Assembly: GCA_951406725.2 (NCBI GenBank) | Contig: OX597835.1 | Coordinates: 43,090,001-43,154,000 of the forward strand | DNA: 64,000 nt | Direction of reading: 5' to 3' | From: Octopus vulgaris | Lineage: Eukaryota | Shown here: positions 1-14,318 of the stretch, piece by piece | Numbering within the stretch: the first letter of the stretch is position 1 | Layout of the letters: each line of letters starts with the position of its first letter | The notes under the pieces: generated by a model | Databases searched by the model: none | Told to the model about the DNA's origin: nothing | What the model saw: the letters and a program-made list of their open reading frames with translations, nothing else | Translations under genes and position numbers: made by a program

Positions 1-477
1 CCTTTCAAAACGTCTTATCCATGCCAACATGGAACATCAAAATTAAATGCTGATAATAATGACCTATGACATACTTATTCCAAAAACTGGGACACATAAG
101 GTTTATATATATATATATATATATAAAAGGAGCACTGTCGGTTACGACGATGAGGGTCCCAGCTGATACGATCAACGGAACAGCTTGCTCATGAAATTAC
201 CATCCAAGTGACTGAGCAATCCACAGACACGTGTACCCCTAACGTAGTTCTTGGAGAGATTCAGCATGACACAGAGTGTGACAAGGCTGACCCTTTTGAA
301 ATTACAGGTACCACTCATTTTCGCCAGCTGAGTGGATTGGAGCAACGTGAAATAAAGAGTCTTGCTCAAGGACAATGCGTCACTGGGAATTTGAACTCAC
401 GACCTTACAATTGTGAGTTGAATGCCCTAACCACTAAGCCACATGCCTTCAAAGGCACATGGCTTAGTGGTTAGGGC

Positions 478-542
<65 letters not shown>

Positions 543-637
543 AGAATTTACAAAAAAAAAATCAAAAAACAAAAGACGAAGACAGGTGGTGTACAAAACA
601 AGCAGATGTATTAATATAACGCTCAGGAATAGAAAAA

Positions 638-677
638 GTCTTTTACATTTTGAGCTTACGCTCTTCTACAGAAAGGG
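638..677 (-). ncRNA. Degenerate hammerhead-like motif in (TA)n-flanked unit 540-731
   Basis: Reverse complement reads cttt-CTGTAGA-a-GAGC(gtaa)GCTC-AAAA-tGTA-aaag; several core deviations. Confidence 0.3.
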
Positions 678-730
678 ACACAGAAAAAACAAGGAGAGAA
701 AAAATTGTGTGTAGTGGCTAACGATCTATC

Positions 731-765
<35 letters not shown>

Positions 766-1092
766 CATACACATACACACACCCACACAGCAATCACTCA
801 CCATATCACACCCTCAGTATATCGTGGGTTTCTGCAGGCAATAGGTATTTTTTTTTTTTTTTTTTTTCCGTGGTAAAATAAGTCTAAAAATAAATTGATA
901 AATAAGAATACAGTACAGTCCTACACTATATAACACATTAATTAAAATAGATTAAAAGTAAATAGGTAGGGTACCACAGATGAGTAAACAAAGAATTACA
1001 CCCATACCGTATGGGAAACGGAACTCGGGTGGGGAGTGTGTGGGGTTGTTTTGCATTTATAATAAATATATACAAATTATAAAAATAACTCA

Positions 1093-1131
<39 letters not shown>

Positions 1132-1175
1132 TAGGCACAATCACACCTGCACCTAGGCGCTATATATATATATAT

Positions 1176-1600
1176 AGGTGCAGGAGTGGCTATGTGGTAA
1201 GTAGCTTGTTTACCAACCACATGGTTCCGGGTTCAGTCCCACTGCGTGACACCTTGGGCAGGTGTCTTCTACTGTAGCCTCGGGCCGACCAAAGCCTTGT
1301 GAGTTGATTTGGTAGACGGAAACTGAAAGAAGCCCATCGTATATATGTATATATATATATATATATATATGCGTGTGTGTGTGTTTGTGTGTCTGTGTTT
1401 GTCCCCCTAGCATTGCTTGACAACCGATGCTGGTGTGTTTATGTCCCCGTTACTTATTCTATCGGCAAAAGTGACCGATAGAATAAGTACTCGGCTTACA
1501 AAAGAATAAGTCCCGGATTTGAGTTGCTCGATTAAAGGCGATGCTCCAGCATGGCCACAGTCAAATGACTGAAACAAGTAAAAAGAGAGAAAAAAAGAAA
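1176..1600 (+). mobile_element. tRNA-derived SINE family 1 (about 400 bp, internal microsatellite), representative copy
   Basis: A box TGGCTATGTGG, B box GGTTCAGTCCC, CORE-like CCTTGGGCA(A/G)GTG, tail (AAAAGAGT)n. Other copies at about 2155-2555(-), 2653-3098(+), 8176-8575(+), 20023-20341(+), 20475-21317(-), 21392-21790(+), 27650-28037(-), 37480-37937(-), 39650-40028(-), 42153-42306(+), 45492-45660(+), 58186-58570. Confidence 0.9.
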
Positions 1601-2103
1601 AAGAGTACAGTAGTTTCTACTTCAAGGATTTTCACCTATTGGAGGGCTTTGGAATATAACACCCGTGATAGTCAAGGGATTACCATCCATCCATGACAGT
1701 ACCACACAGTTTCCCTGCAACAAATTAACTCACAAGGCATTAGCCAGCTTGGAGCTGTAGTAAAAGACAGCCATCTTCTACTATAAGGTGCCACACAGCA
1801 GACTTGAACACAAAACCACATGGTTGCATAGAGAGCCAGTTAACCATGTGGCCATGCCTTTGCACCTATACATGCAAAGATGCATGTGTGGACATTTGCG
1901 CATGTGTCCATAGCTACATGAATGTTGATATTCCATGCCTGAACACAACTTCCTCTCAGCAAAATACCAATGCGGTTAAGAACAGTGTGGTTTGCAACAA
2001 AGTGGTTCCAGGTTCAGTCCCACCTTGGGCAAATGTCTTCTATAATAGCCATGGGCTGACCAATGCCTTTCGAATGAATTTGATAGTAGGTGTGTAGGAG
2101 CTA

Positions 2104-2157
<54 letters not shown>

Positions 2158-2817
2158 TGTTTACCTGTTTCAGACATTTAACTGCAGCCATGCTGGAGCA
2201 CCACATTTAGTCGAACAAATTGACTCCAGGACTTATTCTTTGTAAGCCTAGTACTTATTCTATCAGCCTCTTTTGCCAAACTGCTAAGTTACTGGGCTGT
2301 AAACACACCAGCATCAGTTGTCAAGCAATGGTGATAGGACAAGCACAGACACACACAAATAAATAAATATATATATATATATACACATACATATGATGGG
2401 CTTCTTTCAGTTTCAGTCTACCAAATCCACTCACAAGGCTTTGGTCAACCTGAGGTTATAATAGAAAACACTTGCCCAAGGTGCCATGCAGCAGGACTGC
2501 ACCTGGAACCCTATGTTTGGGAAGCAAGCTTCTTACCACACAGCCACACTATGCCCATATTTTTATTAATAGTTAGTGGAAGTAACAGTGTGACTCAGGG
2601 TCCGAGAATTTTGTGCATTGGCACTGCTAAATATTAATAAAAATAACCATATAGGCGCAGGAGTGTCTGTGTGGTAAGTAGCTTGTTTACGAACCATATG
2701 GTTCTTGGTTCAGTCCCACTGCATGGCACCTTGGGCAAGTATCTTCTATTATAGCCTCGGGCTGACCAAAGCCTTGTGAGTGGATTTGGTAGACGGAAAC
2801 TGAAAGAAGCCTATCGC

Positions 2818-2883
<66 letters not shown>

Positions 2884-3309
2884 TTGTGTGTCTGTGTTTG
2901 TCCCTGCAACATTGCTTGACAACCGATGCTGGTGTGTTTACGTCCCCGTAACTTAGCGGTTTGGCAAAAGAAACTGATAGAATAAGTACCGGGCTTACAA
3001 AGAATAAGTCTTGGGGTCGATTTGCTCGACTAAAAGGCAGTGCTCCAGCATGGCCGCAGTCAAATGACTGAAACAAGTAAAAGAGTAAAAGAGAAAGAGT
3101 ATGCTTGTATACATGTATGTAAACACACACACACACACTGCTTCTACACATACCTACTTATACACACAAACACTATGAAAGCTTGCAATTAACTGAATTT
3201 TGGCATTTTTTTCTAGGTTGTTTATTATAGATGCAAACAGTAAAAATGGCAAAGCACCGAGTAAATCTCTTTTGTACAGCATTCATATATGAGAGAGAGA
3301 CGAGAGAGC

Positions 3310-3350
<41 letters not shown>

Positions 3351-3496
3351 GTAGGTATGCGTAGAAGCAATGTGCATGTGTTCACATACACACATGTATA
3401 CATGCATATATGTGTGTGTGTGTGTATACATGTATATGAATATAAATGCATATCTATATATACATATATATATATATGCAAATGACCCCAGTGCGT

Positions 3497-3547
<51 letters not shown>

Positions 3548-3565
3548 ACAAACATGTATATACAC

Positions 3566-3596
<31 letters not shown>

Positions 3597-3711
3597 TGTA
3601 CACACACATATATAAGCATATATATATGTACATGTACACACACACACATAAGCATATACATATGTACATGTACATATTTATATGTAAGTATATATGTAAA
3701 TATATTTGTAA

Positions 3712-3743
<32 letters not shown>

Positions 3744-5728
3744 TATGTATATGTTAATATATATATATATATATATATATAGTGTGTGTGTGTATGTATA
3801 TTTACGTATATCTGTACATTTGTGTGAGTGTATAATGGGTCACCCACTAACCTCAATTATATACACCCAGTCATCTAATATGTAGCCAATGGTTAAAGAA
3901 CTGATTACCAAACGGTCACATGGCTACGACTGAAAAAAACAACAACAACAACAACATTGATATTTTGATTCCATTTGACTTCCTTTGGATTGTTTTTCAG
4001 TCTCTCAGAGTTCTGTGATTGGTCCACAACTGGCGCTGTCATGATTGGTGCGAAAATGGACCAGACTGTTTTGGAAACTGACGCTAATTGAAATCAAACA
4101 CTGAGGAATGATAACTCCAGTTGCAAACATGTTTACTCCATGAAGGATGTAATAATAATAATAATAATAATAATAATCCTTTCTTCTATAGGCACAAGGC
4201 CTGGAATTTTAGAGAAGGAAACTAATTGATTACAAGGACCCCAGTGTTTCACTGGTACTTAATTCATCAACCCTAAAAGGATGAAAGGCAAAGTCAACCT
4301 CAGCAGAATTTGAACTCAGAACGTAGCAACAGGCAAAATGACCCCAGTGCATAACTGGTACTTGTTTCATTGACCCTGAAAGGATGAAAGGCAAAGTCAA
4401 CCTCAGCAGAATTTGAACTCAGAACGTAGCAACAGGCAAAATGACCCCAGTGCATAACTGGTACTTATTTCTTTGAGCCTGAAAGGATGAAATGCAAAGT
4501 CAACCTCAGTGGAATTTGAAATCAGAACATAGCAACAGGTAAAAATACCACTAAGCATTTCACCTGAAATTTGTGAGCAGGGGCCTAGTTGATTACATCA
4601 ACCCCAGTATCTGACTGGTACTTATTTTATTGATTCTGGTGGATGCAGTGGTGGTGGTGTCAAAAGAGGTGGAGGAACTGGTATTGGTGGTGGCACTGAG
4701 GGCACAACATACCACCCATCATCCTCAGAAAGACTTTCCCTACCTTTTTATCTTTGTGTGAACAACATCACACTTTCTGAACTGCACTGGTATACACCGA
4801 CCGGCACCCACATACACCCATATGCAACTGCATAACCGTTACACATGTCCCTTGCCCGCCTAAAGCATCACCCTCCTTGCTGTCTTTGTTTCTCACAAAT
4901 GTTTCCCTCGCTTTGTCAATCTGCCAAGCAAATTGTTAGATTAACAAGTTGCTTCCTCAAGTCTCTAGAAGAGATTAAAAGACACAAAGTAGGCGGTTTA
5001 AAGAGCTTCGGGGTAGATATCTGAAACCTGGGCGCCCTTTAATCCATAAATTGTCAGAAGATATTATACGGCTGTAGACTGAAGCTGCTTGTTAGGTTTT
5101 CGTTTTTGTTTTCTTATTTAGATTAAGGGGTGGGAAACTTTCGACGACCTCCTACTTCAAAGCTTCTATTTCTTTCTTATTTCATCGACCCCAGTGCGAA
5201 ACTGGTACTTTATTTATCGACCCTGAAAGGATGAAAGGCAAAGTTGACCTCGGCAGAATTTGAACTCAGAAAGTCGTTACGTTCTGAGTTCAAATTCTGC
5301 CGAGGTCAACTTTGCCTTTCATCCTTTCAGGGTCGATAAATAAAGTACCAGTTTTGCACTGGGGTCGATGTAATCAACTTAATCTGTTTGTCTGTCCTTG
5401 TTTGTCCCCTCTATGTTTAACCCCTTGTGGGCAGTAAAGAAATGTATTTCTTTCTTATTTCTAAGAAACCAAGCCATGACTGGAATGAGAGCCGTCTGCT
5501 TGCTATTCATAGCAGGTCAAACCAATATGGAGAACTGACCTTCTAAATATAGCAGACAATTCTCACTCCAGCCATAACTTCACTTCTTAGAAATAAGAAA
5601 ACAGTCAGTTTGCTTCACTGACAGGAATGGTCAGAAATGGAATGTCTTTGATCAAAAGGTCTGACAGATGATAGATGGTGTTTATGCCGACATTGACTAA
5701 ATAAGAAAATATTTCTCTCAAAGAGTAT

Positions 5729-6225
5729 TGGACTGCACTGGTTTGATGACTTGATTACTAAACTGTGATGGTCTAATAACTACAAAACTGGACTGCAATA
5801 ATTTAGTTATTAGAGTACAAGACTGTCATGCATAATTGATTAGAGTACTGGCCTGTAATTGTTAAAGGATCAGAGGACTGCATTGACTAGGGTTAATAAG
5901 CACTAGACTATTAGGGTTCAGGGGCCAGAATACAGAATTGTTGTTGTTGTTTAGTAGCTCAAGTAATGGACTTTGATGGTTTACAGCTAGAGTACAACAT
6001 TGGTCATGCACAAACGACTAGAATAATGTACTCTGATGGTCTAGCAGCTAGGACAGAACTTTGATAGTTTACTGGACTGTTTTGGATTAATGACAAGAGT
6101 ACAAGATTGTGATGGTACTGTACTCTGATGGTTCAATGGCTAAGATACTGGATTCTCATGGCTTCATGACAAGAGTAAAGGACTGTTATGGATTAATGAC
6201 AAGAGTACAAGATTGTGATGATTCG
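5729..6225. repeat. Degenerate 30-bp minisatellite
   Basis: Units like gactgtgatggtttaatgactagagtacaa recur with 30-nt spacing. Confidence 0.65.
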
Positions 6226-8699
6226 ATTAGATCGACTCCAGTACGCAACTGGTATTTAAATTATCGATCCCAAAAGGATGAAAGCAAAGTCAACCTCGGC
6301 AGAATTTGAGTATCAGCTAAGTACCAGGAGATAGTTAGAGGTAAGGAAATTTAATCAATCATTCCTTGTCCCCAAAAGTTGACCCTTGATATACTTTTCT
6401 ACACTCTTACCCTTAGTGGAATCAATACAGTGTCAGACAAAAATGCTTCATATTTTGCCATGGCCTTTCATGTTCTGAGTTCAAATCTCATCAAGACTTA
6501 CATTTTGCTGGTCACTCTTCAAAGGAGGGGGTGGGGGTGATGAAATCAATTATTGGAGATAAATTTGTTTATGTTTTGATTTTTACATCGGTATTTTCAT
6601 GCTCACATAGTTTAGACATATGTTACCATAGTTACCGTTTTACAACTTGTTCTTTTTGAGTTACTAAGCAGGGGTACTGGACAGCACCTCTCCCTCACTA
6701 TTCAATGATGTACCCTCAAATTTACAGCGATACACTTATTTCTAAACCCCACCTTAGTATTATTACAAATTAGTACCCACCCAGAATATTCTGAAGCAAC
6801 CCCAGGTGCCAAAGTCTGGTGAAGGGCCTGAGTGGATACCCTTCTTGCTAATCTTTACCTGTTTTTCAGGTAAGGGCTCTCTTATTCCACAGCTTTACCA
6901 CTTCTAGTTCACCAATTTGCAGATAAGCGCATGTATAAATTATCACACACACACACACATCTGTTAGTTTCTTCATTTGTTTTACATCCGTTTCTTCTAT
7001 GCTTGCATAGGTGAGATGAATTTATTACTAGAGATCCTGTTGTACAGACTAATGCTCTTCCTGATGCTAACCCTTACAGGGGATATCTTATTCCACAAAA
7101 CTTTAAAGGTACAAAGTGAACCAGATGATTTTACGAGAAGAGAAACTGACAAGAATACCTGCCACCACAACATACAGGTGACTGTAAATGCATGGGCACA
7201 CGCACGCACACACACTGGTCAAACCTATTTCTTTACTACCCACAAGGGGCTAAACACAGAGGGGACAAGCAAGGACAGACAAACGGATTAAGCCAATATA
7301 CCAACCCCAGTGCATAACTGGTACTTAATTTATCGATCCCGAAAGGATGAAAGGCAAAGTCAACCTCGGCGGAATTTGAACTCAGAACGTAGCAGCAGAC
7401 GAAATACCGCTAAGCATTTCGCCCGCCTTGCTAACGTTTCTGCCAGCTTGCTGCTTTGGTCAAACCGTCCAACTCATGCCAGCATGGAAAGCAGATGTTA
7501 AATGATGATGATTACTCTTTTTGAGTTAAATGCCTCCCATCCTGCCCTTATCCTCTTTCAGATTTCAGCGTCCATATCTCAGTACATATCCACTTGGTGC
7601 CCTAAGTAGACAAACTTCTTCACCTCCTCAATGTCATTGCTTCCCACCGCATATATCAGGTACCAACAGGCTACCAAGGAACCAACAACCCTTGCTACAT
7701 CATCATCATCATCATTTAGTGTCAGTTTTTCCATGCTGGCATGGGTTGGATGGCTTGACAGAAACTGGAAAGCAGGAGAGTTGCACCAGGTTCCAAATCT
7801 AATTTGGCATGGTTTCTGAGGCTGGATGCCCTTCCTAATGCCAACCACTCCAAGAGTGTAATGGGTGCCTTTTACATGCCACTGGCATGGGTGCCAGTTA
7901 TGTGGCACCAGCATCGGCCATATGTACCTATAATTGCAGGGAGAGCCAGAATCACCCATCTAATGGAACAAAAAAAGAGAAAATTAAATGTGATGTGCTA
8001 GCGCTCTGAAATATGTTGAAGGACAGAAAGAAATGCAAGATGGACAGATGGAAGCGTTGTGAGACTGGGAAAAGTAGAAGGTGAAAGAGCCAGCCACAGG
8101 TGAGGTAGGGTCCATCGTGAGCTAAGAATGGGCTTTGAAAATTGTTTCTTGCAAATTGCTTTTATTATACATTATAGACGTAGGAGTGGCTGTGTGGTAA
8201 GTAGCTTGCTTACCAACCACGTGGTTCCAGGTTCAGTCCCACTGCATGGCACCTTGGGCAAGTGTTTTCTCCTATAGCTTCAGGCCGACCAAAGCCTTGT
8301 GAATGGATTTGGTAGATGGAGACTGAAAGAAGCCCATCGTATGTATAAATATATATATATATGTGTGTGTGTGTTTGTGTTTGTCCCCTCAACATTGCTT
8401 GACAACCGATGCTGGTGTGTTTACATCCCCGTAACTTAGCGGTTCAGCAAAAGAGACCGATAGAATAAGTACTAGGCTTACAAAGAATAAGTCCGGGAGT
8501 CAACTTGCTTGACTAAAGGCGGTGCTCCAGCATGGCCACAGTCAAATGACTGAAACAAGTAAAAGAGAAAGAGAGAGTGTTAAACATTCATTTCAAGAAA
8601 TGCTACCCTGAAGATCATTCGGACTTAAGATCCCAAAAATACAAGACAATGAAACGGAGGAATTCTAGCAAGAGCCGGAGGAAGCACTCGCTCACCTAT

Positions 8700-10320
8700 T
8701 CACTTACACCATGGAAATTGATGGGAGATCACAATGCAAACGTCGGGAAAGGACAACAAGGAGAGAAATATGTTGGTAAGTTTGGATCAGGAAAGAGAAA
8801 CGAAAGAGGAGAATGTTTAGTTACCATGGCAGCAACAAGAAGACCTTACAATGGGAATAGCCTATACAGGAAGCAACCTGGAAGGAGATGGGCCTGGATG
8901 GCCCCAAATGCTCAGTACAAAAACTTAACTGACTACATTCTGGTCGATAAACAGAGCCTATTGCAGGACCTCACAGTAGTGGTGCCATTCCACATAGGCA
9001 GGGGTCATCACTTGCTACATGCAAAGATCATGATCAAAGAAACGAGAGAGAGAAAAAAGGGCTCTGCATGTCTCAGGGAAGAATCAAGGTGTCAAGGTCT
9101 GTTTATGTGAAACAGTTACAGGACGCTATCAAGAAGGGAATTTAGTGTCAACTTGAAGAGCTCAATAGGGACTGCAATTTGTGGGTCCAGGAAGGCAACT
9201 AGTATGTATAAAAGGCAAAAACTGCAAAGCAGTGGAAGCCTGGCAGAAGAATCTCAGAGGAGATGAAGAAAATGCTAGAGAAACAGAAAACGATGAAGAG
9301 GAACATGGAAGATCGCTTCGAGTATTCTGTTCTCTGCAAATTGATCAGACAACATCTGAGAAACGACTTCAAGAATTATAAACTGAAGAAATTGATGAAA
9401 GCTGCAGAGGAAAGGAAAAGTTTAAAAAGATGCAGGAGAGGTCAGACATTCTATAGGTCAGAGGTTATGGCACTTAAGAACAAGGATGGGGTGACAGTCA
9501 ATGGGAAGATGCAGGAGGTGTGTAAAACCTTTTGCACCAACTTTTTTAAATTATCAGTGAAACTATTTCCCATGTCATCACAAATGCTAGAAGCGCCATC
9601 TATTCTGATCAGTTGAAAATGCCTTCAAACTGATGGAGACAAAGTTCCTGGGAAAGGTGGCATCGGAACAGAGATGTTAAGATATGGAGGTGAAGAACTG
9701 TGGAAAATCTTTGTTCTATGCTTCAATTGCTCCCTGAAGAAGGGTAAAATACCCTCAGGGTGGAAAGAGTCAAATACCATCCTGCTTCTTAAGAAGGGTG
9801 ATAAAGAAGATTTTTAAAACACTATCGACCCATATGCCTCTTGCCTCACCTCTATAAGCTGTTCACGAAGGTCAGGGTCACCAGACTACCAAAATACCTC
9901 AACAACCAGCAGCCGAGAGAGCAAGCTAGTTTTAGTAAGAACTATAGGTCGATGGATCACATATTCACTCTAACACAACTCATAAAATGAGTGAACAAAT
10001 ATAAGCTTCCACTGTGCATTGCTTTTGTTGACTATGCAAAGGCCTTCCATGGCATTGAGATCTCTGGAAATGCAAGGTGTCAATGCACAATACATCAAAC
10101 TGCTCAGAGATGCAAACTCTGGAAGCACAACAGACAGTTCTGTTATCCAGACCAATAAAGGGTCATAATTGAGAAAAGTGTCAAGCAAGGAGATACCATC
10201 TCTCCAGAGCACTTTACAACATGTCTAGAAATTGTCATCAAGGACATTGACTGGACAGGTGATTTGAACATCAAGGTAAGCAAATAATATACCTCCGATT
10301 CATAGATGGCATTGAATTTG
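8700..10320 (+). pseudogene. Decayed RTE-clade LINE (APE end plus RT)
   Basis: MGDHNANVG, RNERGE, WAWMAPN..KNLTDYIL (APE); KVPGKGGI.TEML, IPSGWKES..ILL.KKGD, YRPICLL..LYKLF, QPREQA, AFVDYAKAF, KQGDTISP (RT). Many stops and frameshifts. Confidence 0.9.
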
Positions 10321-10418
10321 TCACTGGTTTTTTTTCTAATTTATATATGTATATTATATTTTGTGAATATAAATTGAATTCTTCCCTGTAAGTTTGGAAT
10401 AATATTCCCTAATATTAT

Positions 10419-10459
<41 letters not shown>

Positions 10460-10635
10460 ATAAATATTAGGGAATAAATCCAAATTTACAGGGAAAAAAA
10501 TCAGATTTAGGATTAAATCCAATTTTATAGTAAAATATTATAAAATATTATTAGAGACAAAACCACTATTTTGCAAAACAAACAAGGAAAGACTTAATCA
10601 ATACATAAAATTTTAATAAATAGTCAAAAAAACCG

Positions 10636-10678
10636 CCACTACAATCGTTTCTTGTCTTGATCGACAATCTTCAGGTGG
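10636..10678 (-). ncRNA. Minimal type I hammerhead ribozyme in PLE-type tail (10455-10698)
   Basis: Reverse complement reads ccac-CTGAAGA-ttgtc(gatcaa)gacaa-GAAA-CGATTG-TA^gtgg. All three stems pair; stem III ACGATTGT is self-complementary with G.U. Confidence 0.85.
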
Positions 10679-11895
10679 ACTTCAATAAGTCAGTTTCAGT
10701 TTAAGAAACATGGTCAGTGTTAAGTGTGAATGATAGGAAGAGCACCCAGCTGTAAAAACAATGTCTCACTAACATATTTGTCTAACATATGCTAGCATAG
10801 AAGAACCGATATAGAATTAAGGAATCTAAACCAGAGTCTTTTCCTTCAAACTCCCATTTCATGCCACAGCATATATATATATAAACACACACACCATATT
10901 TACTTATGTATAAGTTGCATTCAAGTATCAGTGGCATTCCCAAAATATATATTACTGGCACAGTCATAATTTTCGGGTTAGGTCAGCATCCCAAACACAA
11001 GGTTTTAAGTTTGGTCCCACTGTGTGGTGCCTAAGCCTGGTGCATTCTATATCCTTGTGAAATGATTTAGGAGAAAAAGTCTTGTGAAATGATTTAGGAG
11101 ACAGAAACTGAAGGGAATCCTTGTGTGTGTGTGTGTGTGCGTGCATACGTTCATGTGCATGTATAAGTGTGTGTATGAACACATGTTTATATGTATGTTG
11201 TGTGTGAATGCTTATTAATCGGTACACCTGTACAAATCTCTGTTCTACAGGTGGTTTTACCTGAGCTACACTGTTGTTATTTCCCTGAATAACAAATTGT
11301 TCACTGGCTTTGTGTCTTTAACTCTTTAGTATTCTGCCTGTTTTATGTTCAAACTGACCAGATCTGGCCTCTCACACCAACCCTACAATAGCGTTCTAAA
11401 AATGAATGGCTACCTCATCAAAATCTCTTGCTACAAGATAATGCATGATTAATTCAAAACAATGTAGATGAAGAAGCATTAATTTTAACAGAATAATGTC
11501 AAAAAGTTGAAGACCTGGAATAAGAGATCCCAGATCCCTTGTTTAAGAAACATGGTCAGTGTTAAGTGTGAATGATAGGAAGAGCACCCAGCTGTAAAAA
11601 CAATGTCTCACTAACATATTTGTCTAACATATGCTAGCATAGAAGAACCGATATAGAATTAAGGAATCTAAACCAGAGTCTTTTCCTTCAAACTCCCATT
11701 TCATGCCACAGCAATCGTTTGCCTTAACGAGTGCTGTGGCATGAAACGGGAGTTTATTAGTGTTGTGAAACTCCATGTTAAATGTGTAATACATTCTAGG
11801 TTGAGTATGGAAGGCTGTGTTTATAAACCATGTGTGTGTGTGAGAGAGAGAGAGTGAGTGAGCATGTGTGCTTGTCAGAGCTGGGCAGAAGTTCA

Positions 11896-12124
11896 TTAAC
11901 CCTTTCGTAGTCAGATTATTTTGTCAAATGTAATGTTTTTTCATTGACATTGTTTATAATTAATCATGCTTTATTTTGTAGCTATAAAGTTTTCATGATG
12001 AGATTGTATATTTCTAGAATGGCATTGAAGGGTAGGTGTGATAGGTTGGATCTGACTAGTTAGAGCATAAAACAGGAAGCATATTTGGGCGGGATAAGGC
12101 CTGTTTAAATACTAAAGTGTTGAA
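11896..12124. mobile_element. Degenerate piggyBac-like MITE; inverted relative at about 11318-11510
   Basis: TTAA-ccctttc start and taaagtgttgaa end; related internal sequence in the opposite orientation upstream. Confidence 0.4.
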
Positions 12125-13914
12125 CTGTCAATTAATGAAGTTAACATTTTCGTTAATTTAACTTTAAGTTAACTTTGAAAACCATTATCAGATTAATTAA
12201 CTTCATTACATTTAGCTTCCATTAACTCAAGTCCATTAACCCCCAAATTTTATAAAAACTGGTAAACGTTTTAAAGTTTCTATTGTTTTCAGATTGTCTC
12301 AGCATATTTAATATTGTATGCATCATTCTTTCAGCCCCGATATAATACCACTTATTATTATTATAACTTGTTGGACCTCATTTAGTCCTGCCTGGATTTG
12401 AAACCTAATCCATCTGCTTATTGCTTGCAAAGACAGCAGGAAATTTCTTTGTCCTGTCAAGAGGGAACAGTGGTTGATGCGTTTCCACTTCAGCCATGAA
12501 CTCGCTGAGGTGGATGTCAGAGAAAATAATGACTTCCATCATCATCATCATCATCATCATCATCGTTTAATGCCCGCTTTCCATGCTGGCATGGGTTGGA
12601 CGATTTTGACTCAGGGCTGGCAAAGCAGATGGCTGCACCAGACTCCAATCTGATCTGGCAGAGTTTCTACAGCTAGATACCCTTCCTAATACCAACCACT
12701 TTACAGAGTGTACAGGGTGCTTTTACGTGCCACCAGCACAAGAGCCAGTTAGATACTACTGACAACGGACACGCTCAAATGGTGCTTTTTATGTGCCACC
12801 TGCACAGGAGCCAGTCCAGTGGCACTGGCAACGACCTCGCTCGAATGTTTTTTTTTCACGTGCCACCAGCACAAGTGCCAGTAAGGTGACGCAAGTAATG
12901 ATCACGCTCGAATGGTGTTTTTAACGTGCCATCAGCACAGAGGCCAGCTTGTTGCTCTGGCAACGATCTCACTCCTATGGTACTCTTAGCACTCCACTAG
13001 AACGGATGCCGATTTGGGAAAAATAAATGTAAGGAAAAAAGTTAGTAAATATTTTGGTGTGAACGCAAACAGCTGTTACATGGTGGCAGGGCATACTAGA
13101 AATAGTAGCCAAATCTTTTCCTTTTCTGGAAAAAGGAGCCGTTTACGCATGATTTTGATGTCACATTCATTGAAACTAAGCAAAATAACCTGGAAACGAA
13201 AAAAAGGCCTACAAAACAAAACTCCCTTGGTGGGAAACTTCAAGGTCCCCACCACACCTCCCACCTTTCTTTTCCAGAAAAAAGTGGCTTGAATGCACCC
13301 GAAAAAACTTTGGAAAAAAATTATTCCACACAGAGGTACGAAATATTTACTGAAAGAATAAAAACTTGTACCAATTACATCTGTATTTTAATTAATTCAA
13401 CTTAATGTACCTCATCTTGAAAAGTGACAAAATTTTTGTCGGATGCCATCTGGGATAATTTTAGTAACAAATCAAACAGGTAAGATATATTAAGAATTTC
13501 AATTTTAGCGTTTATCCATAATGTTACTGCTTTTACACCTGTTAATTAAATTTACCTGCCCATAAAAGTCAAATTTACCCAACAAGATCAGCTAAAATTA
13601 CATAACTATAAACCAGTGGCATAGAAAGCACCCACAGATAAAATTTACAAAGTTACATGCAAATGTTGTGGACATCCTTCTTGAATCTGAATAATTTAAA
13701 ATAACATGAACAAATAAGCATTACATTTGACAGATTAATATGAACACTAAAGATGTTTTTAGATGTTCCCCCATCACTTGAAATTATTAGCAATTTTTCT
13801 TTAAGCCAAAAATGTTTCTCACGGGTTTTAAGTGTGTAGTGAACAAAGTCGTTTCGGACTGGGGTGAAAAAAAAAAAATGTAATATTTTTCCTTTTCTTG
13901 CGTGAAAAGATACC

Positions 13915-14318
13915 AGATCTTTTCGGTTTGAAAGGCAGTTTTTTCTAGCGGTGTCATATGAAATTGTCACCCATAATTATGACCCTAGTATCGATCTATT
14001 GCATTTCAATCTGTTTTAGGGTTGGGGGAAGGGTATCTTTTTTTCTTCACAAATGTAAATAAACCCAATCTGTTTCTTAAACGAGGGACATATTCATACA
14101 GCACAGAATGTTTTTTAACTCAATAGACGTCACTGATTGGTTGAAATTGCAGAAATTGAAGAAAAAAACAACAAATATCTTACAAACTATAGAATTTTCT
14201 CAATAAAGCCAAGAGAAAATGATGTTTTATAAAAAACATTCTACCAGTATACGAAGTTTAAATGTGTTTAGTTATGTGGAAATTATGTTAAAAACTGCCG
14301 TTCAAACCGAAAAGATCC
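13915..14318. mobile_element. MITE with about 28-bp TIRs and 8-bp TSD (Merlin- or hAT-like)
   Basis: (a/g)gatcttttcggtttgaa(a/c)ggcagttttt ... aaaactgccgttcaaaccgaaaagatcc; TSD aagatacc at 13907-13914 and 14319-14326. Confidence 0.85.
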
